DNA of 63,459 bases, counting the filler, from Octopus bimaculoides (lineage: Eukaryota): NCBI RefSeq assembly GCF_001194135.2. It is 8 parts of 8 records of this genome, joined end to end, with 100 filler letters (N's around TTAATTAATTAA, not from the genome) between each part and the next. Parts side by side here need not be neighbours in the genome. Positions count along the whole stretch, not along the records: positions 44,864 to 60,028 come from NC_068992.1; positions 60,129 to 62,290 come from NW_026331658.1; 6 more parts are not named here. One strand, written 5' to 3'. Below the pieces are notes generated by a model. That model had not been told where the DNA came from. It was given only the letters and a program-made list of their open reading frames with translations, and did no database searches. Shown piece by piece: positions 51,725-61,775 of the stretch. The translations under genes were made by a program, and so were the position numbers. The stretch's first letter is position 1; the number at the start of each line of letters is the position of its first letter.

Positions 51725-52366
51725 NNNNNNNNNNNNNNNNNNNNNNNNNNNNNNNNNNNNNNNNNNNNNNNNNNNNNNNNNNNNNNNNNNNNNNNNNNNN
51801 NNNNNNNNNNNNNNNNNNNNNNNNNNNNNNNNNNNNNNNNNNNNNNNNNNNNNNNNNNNNNNNNNNNNNNNNNNNNNNNNNNNNNNNNNNNNNNNNNNNN
51901 NNNNNNNNNNNNNNNNNNNNNNNNNNNNNNNNNNNNNNNNNNNNNNNNNNNNNNNNNNNNNNNNNNNNNNNNNNNNNNNNNNNNNNNNNNNNNNNNNNNN
52001 NNNNNNNNNNNNNNNNNNNNNNNNNNNNNNNNNNNNNNNNNNNNNNNNNNNNNNNNNNNNNNNNNNNNNNNNNNNNNNNNNNNNNNNNNNNNNNNNNNNN
52101 NNNNNNNNNNNNNNNNNNNNNNNNNNNNNNNNNNNNNNNNNNNNNNNNNNNNNNNNNNNNNNNNNNNNNNNNNNNNNNNNNNNNNNNNNNNNNNNNNNNN
52201 NNNNNNNNNNNNNNNNNNNNNNNNNNNNNNNNNNNNNNNNNNNNNNNNNNNNNNNNNNNNNNNNNNNNNNNNNNTATATATATAATCATATATATATATA
52301 ATTATATATATATATAATCGTTAATTACTTCTCATTATCAAATGATTTTGCTGTGTTTCATTCCAG

Positions 52367-52520
52367 TGCTCAGCTAGTTGTGGTACAGGTTCTAAAACAC
52401 GAGAAGTGAAATGCATGGACAGCCACTTGAGACACAGTACATTGTGCAACCCTGATAAACGACCTATCACAAGACAGAGCTGTGATTCTCATTCCTGCCA
52501 CCAGAAACCACTAAACACAG
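52367..52520 (+). CDS. THSD4: THSD4-like TSP1 exon 5
   Basis: 154 nt, CAG|...|GTAAAT; CSASCGTGSKTREVKCMDSHLRHSTLCNPDKRPITRQSCDSHSCHQKPLNT plus G (phase 1). Not called in the ORF track. Confidence 0.95.
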
Positions 52521-52795
52521 GTAAATTACTCACCTCTAATTAAGAGAGTATTATAAATATCTATTGTCACATTCTTAAATACATAAACATTAGATATATC
52601 ATTAGATGTATCTTTAATGACTCAGTCACAAATGACTCTTTACAGGGTCACCAGATAGGAGACCTGGCCTGAATGCTTTCTACGGGGTAGAGTTGTTGTT
52701 AAACTGGATGAAAGATTAACTCTACAAAGATATAAGACATGACTTAATGATGCTCCAACTTTTCACAGAATTAATAATGTTTTCTACTCTTTCAG

Positions 52796-52935
52796 ATCCA
52801 TCATGCCAGGATCAAATAAAGTTGTGTCGCCTTGTTGTACAGGCTCGTCTCTGTTCTTACAAGTACTACCAAAGGAAATGTTGTGAAACTTGCTACAAAC
52901 ATCGTGTACATAACAAACACCATCATTCTTCTTAA
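52796..52935 (+). CDS. THSD4: THSD4-like terminal exon, PLAC domain
   Basis: CAG acceptor; G|AT completes Asp; DPSCQDQIKLCRLVVQARLCSYKYYQRKCCETCYKHRVHNKHHHSS*. VVQARLCxYxYY is the PLAC signature of ADAMTSL4 and THSD4. Confidence 0.96.
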
Positions 52936-53354
52936 CAACTCTTCAAACTTCCTTGTTATTCTGTATGCTTTGTTTACTTCAGCAATTAAACTCAGTAGTA
53001 AATAGATGTCATCAACCCTTGAATCAACAACGATGACATACAATATATAAAACTTTATATTGAAACTATGTCAAACATTACAGTTTAGATATCCCTCTTC
53101 CTTACGACTCCTGGCTGTGTGTTCTAGCCAGCATTTATCTGTGTCTTCACCTTTAACACAAATTTATGTCCACAAGAAAACCAACTCATAACTAAGTTTC
53201 TGTGTAGTCAAGATTTACATGAGTCCATCAGATTATTTTGATGACATTAATAATTAGTATTGTGTTGTCTTAACTGTTGAATATGGTTTTAACACTTTGC
53301 ACACAAACAGATACGTACATACAATATATATATATGTATGTGTGTGTGTATGCA

Positions 53355-53395
<41 letters not shown>

Positions 53396-53542
53396 ATATA
53401 TACGCTATATAGATATGAATATGTATATACTCATATGTATGTGGTGTGTCAGTCTACATGTGTGTGTGTGTGCTTGGGTATGTAAATTTTATTTGTTTTA
53501 CATCTGTTTTACCGCACTAGCATGGGAATGTATATGTACATA

Positions 53543-54091
53543 AATAAATACAGATTATACATCATGGCTAACTTTCAACTTTCATGTCTCCACAAACATT
53601 CATCTGACCCTTTTGTTATTCACCAAAAGTTTTAAAATTTGAGGAATTATATCCTTTATCTGACTAATCACTTCACACATCTACTTTACCTGAAGTACAT
53701 GTATGTGTACACATAAAAACAAACACACACACACACACATGATATGTTTCATCACAAAATGAATTGTGTCTGTGACAGTTCAATACACTTGAACATCTTC
53801 ATCAGCAAAGTAGCAAAGAAGATGAAAGATGTTCCTTACAAATGTTTATACACTTGAGAATGAGAAGTGGTGATACACGGAAACAGTTGTAATATCATAA
53901 ACAAAAATATGTACTAATTGATGTGTAAATAAGTTTTTCAAGAGTGTTTAAGTCACTGAAATCAAAATTAAAAAGACAATTTTAATTTACCTTAATGAAA
54001 TGAACTTTTGTAGTGATTATATGGATAAATATTTTATAATTAAACTAAAAGAACATTTTTCATGTTAAGTAATCAGATTTAGATCAATAAA
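53543..54091 (+). promoter_or_regulatory. Candidate polyadenylation signals for the THSD4-like gene
   Basis: AATAAA at 53543-48 and 54086-91 downstream of the stop codon; motif only, in AT-rich DNA. Confidence 0.3.
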
Positions 54092-54284
54092 GTATAGACA
54101 TTGATATAATTTTCATTTATAAAATCAAGAGCACTCATACCAGGTTTGTAAAGTGTAAAATAATATTATCAAATATACAAGATACAGTAAGACATGATTC
54201 ATGTCCATTTGATGAGTGAATTATGTAATTGTCACTTAATCTCACAAAGCAAATCCACAGATTTGTCTAGCTGTTTTGCAATCA

Positions 54285-54520
54285 TCCTCATCCTCATCAT
54301 TGCTTAATGTCTGCTTTCCATGCTGGCATGGGTTGGACAGTTTGAGTGAGGGCTGGCGAGCCAGAAGGCTGCACTGGCCTCCAATCTAATCTGGCAAAAT
54401 TTCTACAGCTGGAAGCCCTTCCTAACGCCAACCACTCCGCTATTTATGTACCACTGGTACAATGCCCAGTTAGGTGGCACTAGCATTGACCGTGCTTAAA
54501 TGGTACATTTTACGGGCCAC
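54285..54520 (-). mobile_element. LINE 3' UTR-like / SINE-like piece related to 46480-46865
   Basis: (ATC)-type tail, TTTCCATGCTGGCATGGGTTGGAC ... GCCCTTCCTAACGCCAACCACTCC. Confidence 0.7.
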
Positions 54521-54567
54521 TGGCACAGGATCAAGTCAGGCAACAATTGGCAACAACTAGACTTGAA

Positions 54568-54606
<39 letters not shown>

Positions 54607-55137
54607 NNNNNNNNNNNNNNNNNNNNNNNNNNNNNNNNNNNNNNNNNNNNNNNNNNNNNNNNNNNNNNNNNNNNNNNNNNNNNNNNNNNNNNNNNNNNNN
54701 NNNNNNNNNNNNNNNNNNNNNNNNNNNNNNNNNNNNNNNNNNNNNNNNNNNNNNNNNNNNNNNNNNNNNNNNNNNNNNNNNNNNNNNNNNNNNNNNNNNN
54801 NNNNNNNNNNNNNNNNNNNNNNNNNNNNNNNNNNNNNNNNNNNNNNNNNNNNNNNNNNNNNNNNNNNNNNNNNNNCCTTATGAGGTTTTTTTCACGCTAG
54901 CTACTTGATAAATTCTTGTAAAAGAATTCGTCCTATTATTGAAATTTAAATATATTACCAGAATATATTCAGTGCTGAATTTATTCTGAGTAAGAGGCAT
55001 ATTTACCGAGATGCAATTCGAAATTCCCGCCACTTACATAGGAAAATAGCGATGAACAGTCGTCCATATACTATGCTGGATACATGGTATTCGTTTGGTA
55101 TGTTGATTCACTGTTTATTTCTATTTTTCTGGACCAT

Positions 55138-55198
55138 ATTATACTGACGAGTAGAAGTTGTATAATACTACAATAACTACGAAATCATGATCTATAAT
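55138..55198 (+). ncRNA. Type I hammerhead ribozyme, canonical core and three stems
   Basis: Stem I ATTATA/TATAAT (55138-43/55193-98); CTGACGA 55144-50; stem II GTAG/CTAC plus inner TTGTA/TACAA; GAAA 55181-84; palindromic stem III ATCATGAT; predicted cleavage after AUC at 55192. Confidence 0.88.
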
Positions 55199-57574
55199 TT
55201 AGTTCGTTTTTAAGGGGTTGTCTTTGAGAGTTGCATTTCCTCGCATTCGGTAAAAAATGTGCTTTTATAGTAGTCTGACCTTNNNNNNNNNNNNNNNNNN
55301 NNNNNNNNNNNNNNNNNNNNNNNNNNNNNNNNNNNNNNNNNNNNNNNNNNNNNNNNNNNNNNNNNNNNNNNNNNNNNNNNNNNNNNNNNNNNNNNNNNNN
55401 NNNNNNNNNNNNNNNNNNNNNNNNNNNNNNNNNNNNNNNNNNNNNNNTATATAGCAATAAGAAAATGGAGGGGAATATGTGGCACTCATCAACTTCCAGG
55501 CACTGTACTCTGTTAATTAACCTGTTTATTTTCCAACCAAAAGGACAATAAAGACAATATACAAACACATATGACACACTATGTCATATCAACAATTAAA
55601 AATTCAAAAATACATCTAGTAAACCGAAGAAGGGACGTATATGGGGAAAGTCACAGAAGATCCTGTAATAATCATTTTCTATCGCAGCCCCATGGCCAAT
55701 GATCAATTTGTGTAGTTGTAATGTCAAATATTGGTTGAACATAAAATATATAATAGCATTGTATACTGACACAGTGAATAAAAAAGATCTCTTCTAATAT
55801 ATTCTTTGGTAAATATTTCAGTAGAGGTCACCAAGAGTATTCAGATATCCAGAGTTCAAATCTTACCAGAAGTATCAATGTCTAGTATTTAGATAATGTA
55901 CCATTGTCTTTTTTCAACACTCACCACCCACCACATACATACACACTTCCAAAGATGCCCACCTCAATCTTTTTGTTAGAAAGTCAAATCATACGATGTC
56001 ATTCATCAAATAAATAAATAAATAAATAAATAAAACCTCAGTGAAATTTGTGCTCAATAAATGACTGAAAATATTTGACTTTGTAGGTTTATCAAACCCA
56101 TCTTTAAAATGTCAGCAGTTTGATCATATCTATGGTCACTGACCTGACTGATTATCTCCTTTTTTGTCAGCACTCAGTAGGTTTCTTAGAGTAGAATTGT
56201 AAGATTCTTCTCTAATATATCATTATAATGTATTCACATGTTAGCTTGTGGAAATCTTCTAGAAATATTTCATTCACTGACTGTCAGAGCTAAGTTACTA
56301 GGAGCCTCGATTAAGCTAATTCACTACGAAGAATCATAATTCTACCCAAGGGTAAATTATTTCGTCTGTTAAATATTTAAAGAAGCAGGATAATGGATTT
56401 CGTTGGTTGGTGAGGAAATTATATTTACTATCAACTGAGTGCACTTACTTTCTGAAGAAAGTCAAAACCATCTGAAGAAACTGAGATAGCACAAGACCAT
56501 TGTATTTTGAGGAATTTAATTTTCTAAGTTCAAACCATGTGAAAGTAAATTTTATATTTTTCTTTCCTCCAATTTATGTTTTTACCAGTAAAACAAACCA
56601 TAGTACCTCCACAACAGCTCTCAAGTCCGATAATTAAATATTTTCTATCGTACAAGTGTTCCTTACAATACAGAACTTAATTATTTCTCCGCATTAATTA
56701 TATTTTCCTAGCATTTCTCTTTTCTCAGCTGCTTTTGTGTCAGGTTTTCTAAAGAAAACTTGCTTCAATTCAGGAAATTGTTTTGAGTTTGATTCAGAAT
56801 AATATTATTAAAATATTTTCATGATTTCTTTACATTTGTTTATTCGTTCTTGTAAAATAAATCCATAATTTAGTAAAAAAAAAATAATAATAGTGTTCAT
56901 TGTTGTATATGTTAAAATATTATTTCAAAACAGAGTTTGTATTTATCAAAAGTGCAATAGTTACTATATATTGTAATGATATTTTGTGCTTTCAGCAAAT
57001 TACTTCATTGTGTTAGATAATTTCATTCCTGAATATAATATAAGACATACATGAGTATATTGCAACCATGTTTATGTTGAATTCTGGAAACTTGCAGTAA
57101 AAGAAAATCCAGAATGGACTCGACCTACGTTTCTTAGAAGAAAAGAAATTTTGGAAGTCTTGAAATAATATTTTGTATTTTTCATAATTATTTTACATTT
57201 CTGTATTCAAATTGTACCATTGTCTGATTTATTTTACATCCTTCTGGCTTCTGGAAAGTAAAAACCATTTACATTGTGAGGTTGATTTAATCAACTGTTC
57301 CAAAAATATCTGCTCTTATGTCTCACTTAGAACTATCATTATCATGAAGCAAATCTTACCGTGTGCAGATTTTCCTGAAAATCTACTACATATGTGGGAA
57401 ATTCTGTCTGTGGGTATGTTTGTGGAGTTGTTAGCTAACTCCTCCTACATCATTGTATCAATTTTGATGAAACTTGACACATGAGTAGAACTCATGTCTG
57501 GGAACCTCATGACATACTCAGATTGTTGAAAAAAAATCGATAATAGGGCCCCTGGAAGGGATCCTTATATATAT

Positions 57575-57690
57575 CTAATATATTTCAGTTTTTCCTTGGG
57601 GCTGGCCAGATTGGAGCAATGTCGAGTATAACCAGCTGAAATTGCAAAGATAATCTGGAACTCGACTGAGGAATGAAAACATGTTGTGTA
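57575..57690 (+). repeat. Unclassified dispersed repeat, inverted homolog of 59140-59250
   Basis: Shared TTGGG..CCAGAT..CTGAAA.TG.AA.GA..ATCTGG.AC.TCGACTGAGGAA.GAA. Confidence 0.65.
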
Positions 57691-57801
57691 AAGTACTATC
57701 TGTCTGAGGTCCATGTTGTGACTTGACAAACAGTACAAAACTCCAGTAGACACAATATCTTCAATCAACAACCTCACAATATTGTATACTGTGCGACATT
57801 T

Positions 57802-57839
<38 letters not shown>

Positions 57840-58989
57840 GATGATAATAATAATAATAATTATGATGATGATGATGATGANNNNNNNNNNNNNNNNNNNN
57901 NNNNNNNNNNNNNNNNNNNNNNNNNNNNNNNNNNNNNNNNNNNNNNNNNNNNNNNNNNNNNNNNNNNNNNNNNNNNNNNNNNNNNNNNNNNNNNNNNNNN
58001 NNNNNNNNNNNNNNNNNNNNNNNNNNNNNNNNNNNNNNNNNNNNNNNNNNNNNNNNNNNNNNNNNNNNNNNNNNNNNNNNNNNNNNNNNNNNNNNNNNNN
58101 NNNNNNNNNNNNNNNNNNNNNNNNNNNNNNNNNNNNNNNNNNNNNNNNNNNNNNNNNNNNNNNNNNNNNNNNNNNNNNNNNNNNNNNNNNNNNNNNNNNN
58201 NNNNNNNNNNNNNNNNNNNNNNNNNNNNNNNNNNNNNNNNNNNNNNNNNNNNNNNNNNNNNNNNNNNNNNNNNNNNNNNNNNNNNNNNNNNNNNNNNNNN
58301 NNNNNNNNNNNNNNNNNNNNNNNNNNNNNNNNNNNNNNNNNNNNNNNNNNNNNNNNNNNNNNNNNNNNNNNNNNNNNNNNNNNNNNNNNNNNNNNNNNNN
58401 NNNNNNNNNNNNNNNNNNNNNNNNNNNNNNNNNNNNNNNNNNNNNNNNNNNNNNNNNNNAAGCGAAGTTTACCTTTCATTTAAAGTTTAAATTTTTAAAC
58501 GATAAAACATACCTGTAATATACTGTTTGTTCGAATCAAGTACATTCGCGCGCGCACGCACACACTGCTCGTTCTTGTGTTTCTGCAAGAAATCAACGAT
58601 TGATAGATTTCGAGGTATAAATGACTGTATTAACTGCAGTTTTTTTTTTTTATTTTAGCTATTTTATCGAACATCAATCAGAAGTTGACTGCGTTGAGAT
58701 TTAAACGTTGAGACTTAGAGATCGAAGCCGCCCAATTTCGGTGACCCTACTGATAAAGGAAAATCATATAATGTTCTCTTAGTAAGCGTGTTTATAAGTT
58801 TTATATTTGTTGTTTATTGTTTCTAAGTGATATGAAATAGAATCAAGATATGTATGTATGTATGTATGTACGTATGCATACATACATACTTCAGACAGTT
58901 TGATGATGGCAAGTCGAAATTTCGAACTCACTGTCGACCTTGTCCTTATAATAATCAATGAATATGTACGCTAATTCTTCAGTTTAATG

Positions 58990-59039
<50 letters not shown>

Positions 59040-59044
<5 letters not shown>

Positions 59045-59260
59045 ATGGGACAAAAACGCAGTAGAGTACAATAAAACATTTGGACAGATAGACGATACAA
59101 AGGCGGACAGGAGAAACAACAATTAGAAGGACAGGACGGGTCATTTGTGGCCTTCTTTCCTCAGTCAAGGTACCAGATGTCATTACAGTTTCAGGTTTGA
59201 GACAGTTCGATCTGGTTGTCCCCAAAAGAGTCTAAGCTAAGAGCATTAGACTTTATGTAA
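59040..59260 (-). repeat. Unclassified dispersed repeat; part of it (59040-59130) recurs at 59765-59850
   Basis: ACAATAAAACATTTGGA.AGATAGAC.ATACAA.GGCGGACAGGAGA.ACAACAATTAGAA occurs twice. Confidence 0.7.
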
Positions 59261-59879
59261 GAAAGCTCGCGAATGTGTACGGCAGTAAAGACAAAAAAAA
59301 CGGAGAACATGGTACACAATTGCAAATACAAAGTAACAAGTATATAACAACAGGTGTCTTTCGACTGAGAACGAATCAAATTGAGCTGGCGTGTATGAAG
59401 TGAAAGCCTGAAGACAGGAACATAGGAGATGGACATAAGAGGTGTTGGCGGTCGGCAGTCAGGCCAAGAAAGAAAGATTAGGGCTGGCCGGACACCGGTC
59501 ATGTGGAAGGAGAGAGCGGGATTGAAGGATTAGAAAGAAAAATCAGATAAAAAAAAAGAATAGGTACAGGGGAGATAAACGATGTGGAAAAGTGGGAGTT
59601 CCAAGAAATGTGAGAAAGAGAGGAGGAGCGAGAAAAAGAAAAGTGGGAGAAAATATGAAGGGGACTAAACGATAACGTAAGAATCGTACAAAATTTACAT
59701 ACTCAAGGGGAGCACAAGTATGTACGTACGCCGCTATATGTATATATAAATATTTTTAAAAAATGAACAAAAACGTTATAGAGGACAATAAAACATTTGG
59801 ATAGATAGACAATACAATGGCGGACAGGAGACACAACAATTAGAATGACAGAGAAGCAAAAATTAAAGAACGGGTCTGT

Positions 59880-60028
59880 TTGGCAAGTAACTTGCTTACT
59901 AACCACCGACTCTAGGTTCAGTCTCACTGCGTGGCACGCTGAGCAAGTGTTTTCTACTATAGTTGCAGGCTGACCAAAACTTTGTGGATGGATTTGGTAG
60001 ACGGAAACTGAAAGAAGCCCGTCGTATG
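59880..60028 (+). mobile_element. SINE family C head
   Basis: AAGTAACTTGCTTACTAACCAC...GGTTCAGTCTCACTGCGTGGCAC...GGTAGACGGAAACTGAAAGAAGCCCGTCGTAT. Confidence 0.85.
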
Positions 60029-60634
60029 NNNNNNNNNNNNNNNNNNNNNNNNNNNNNNNNNNNNNNNNNNNNTTAATTAATTAANNNNNNNNNNNNNNNN
60101 NNNNNNNNNNNNNNNNNNNNNNNNNNNNATATATATATAATATATATATATATATGATTTAATATTTCGTTTAAGCATTGCAAGACTAATAACCTGATGC
60201 AGAACTCAATATACGTATATTATGTTAGAGTATAGAGCGGTAATAAGAAAAAAGAGATGACGTAGGAAAAACAAATGTTATATTGTCAACTTAATTAGCT
60301 TGCAGCTGTTTCTGCTATACTGTGCAGTGGACTCACATTATATATACATGTGTGTATGTGTGTACATCTACGTGTACAACATGATAATAGTTTTCAAATC
60401 TTTGATTATATATCTTGATCTTGACCACAACGGAAGTGGCCCCTGAGCTAAAAAGAAAGTGTATTTTAAAATTGGTAAATAGTTTAAAACTATGCAATAC
60501 CAGTTTCCGTAAGAGCGAAATTGTAGGCCGTATCTCAGAATTGGTGACTGTATTGAGGGTTTCGAGCGAATCCCCAACCAGTTTTCACAGGATCTCCTAA
60601 CAATGATGTAAATTTCATATAATCAAGATCTCCT

Positions 60635-60722
60635 TGGCCTGAAGAGTAGCTTGCAGTCTACTCCCTCGTTTGGATAATTTACTACTTCCGAGGTTCCGCT
60701 AGCTATGAAACATATGTAGCCA
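60635..60722 (+). ncRNA. Type I hammerhead ribozyme, canonical core, long stem II
   Basis: Stem I TGGC/GCCA; CTGAAGA 60639-45; stem II GTAGCT/AGCTAT plus inner CCTCG/CGAGG; GAAA 60707-10; palindromic stem III ACATATGT; predicted cleavage after GUA at 60718. Confidence 0.85.
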
Positions 60723-61035
60723 TGCTTTTATTTACTCCATTACCAAAATTTTGGATATATATATATNNNNNNNNNNNNNNNNNNNNNNNNNNNNNNNNNN
60801 NNNNNNNNNNNNNNNNNNNNNNNNNNNNNNNNNNNNNNNNNNNNNNNNNNNNNNNNNNNNNNNNNNNNNNNNNNNNNNNNNNNNNNNNNNNNNNNNNNNN
60901 NNNNNNNNNNNNNNNNNNNNNNNNNNNNNNNNNNNNNNNNNNNNNNNNNNNNNNNNNNNNNNNNNNNNNNNNNNNNNNNNNNNNNNNNNNNNNNNNNNNN
61001 NNNNNNNNNNNNNNNNNNNNNNNNNNNNNNNNNNN

Positions 61036-61067
<32 letters not shown>

Positions 61068-61078
61068 ACATATATATA

Positions 61079-61233
61079 GGGAGAATTCACAAAAAAAACA
61101 AAAGACGATGACAGGTGGTGTAAACAACAAACAGATGTAATTAGTTTAACGCTCGGGAAGTTGAAAAGTCTTTAACGTTTCGAGCCTACGCTCTTCTACA
61201 GAAAGGAACACAGAAAGAAACAAGGAGAGAAAA
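61079..61233 (-). mobile_element. ~150-bp repeat with a hammerhead-like motif (family H2)
   Basis: Minus strand 61205-61168: CTTT-CTGTAGA-A-GAGC-GTAG-GCTC-GAAAC-GTT-AAAGAC. Confidence 0.75.
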
Positions 61234-61514
61234 TAAAGAATCTGTAGTGGCTAGCGAATACACAGAGAGATAGAGAAACAGAAACAGAGATCAAAGACAG
61301 AGAGAAACATACTGACAGATAGACAGATTGATGTAATATAAGTTGAAATTCTAATAACAAGATTAATGAAACATTACGTAAAAAGCAATTTTATTCAGTC
61401 TGTGAAACATTGATTTAAAAAATTAATTACTTGATTAAAACATGCTTTGATTTAGTCGTTAGTCAGTAACAGATATTTCTCATTTCATTGTCGTCAGCTT
61501 TGTTTACACTGCGT

Positions 61515-61775
61515 TTCACCACCACCACCACCACCACCACCATCATTAACACCACCAACTTTACTACCTTTACCACCACCAGCACCACCACCGACAACAA
61601 CAACAATAACAATAGCACCACCACCATTACTACTAATATCATAACGACCAATACTACTACTACCACAACCATCACGACCACCAATGCCACCATTATCACC
61701 AGCACCATCACTACCAACAACAACAACACCTTCATAACGTTCACCACCAGCACCGCACTATTTATAACCACCAAC
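61515..61775. repeat. Degenerate (ACC)/(ACT)/(AAC) trinucleotide low-complexity tract
   Basis: Direct reading; produces the Thr-rich and Val-rich pseudo-ORFs. Confidence 0.9.

Noticed and set aside
54880-55560. Possible minus-strand PLE GIY-YIG coding remnant (RKCNSQRQPLKNEL)
   Set aside because: Similarity is too weak and overlaps the better-supported + strand hammerhead; left unresolved.
61455-61500. Minus-strand CTGACGA...GAAATATC
   Set aside because: Stems I and II are inadequate.
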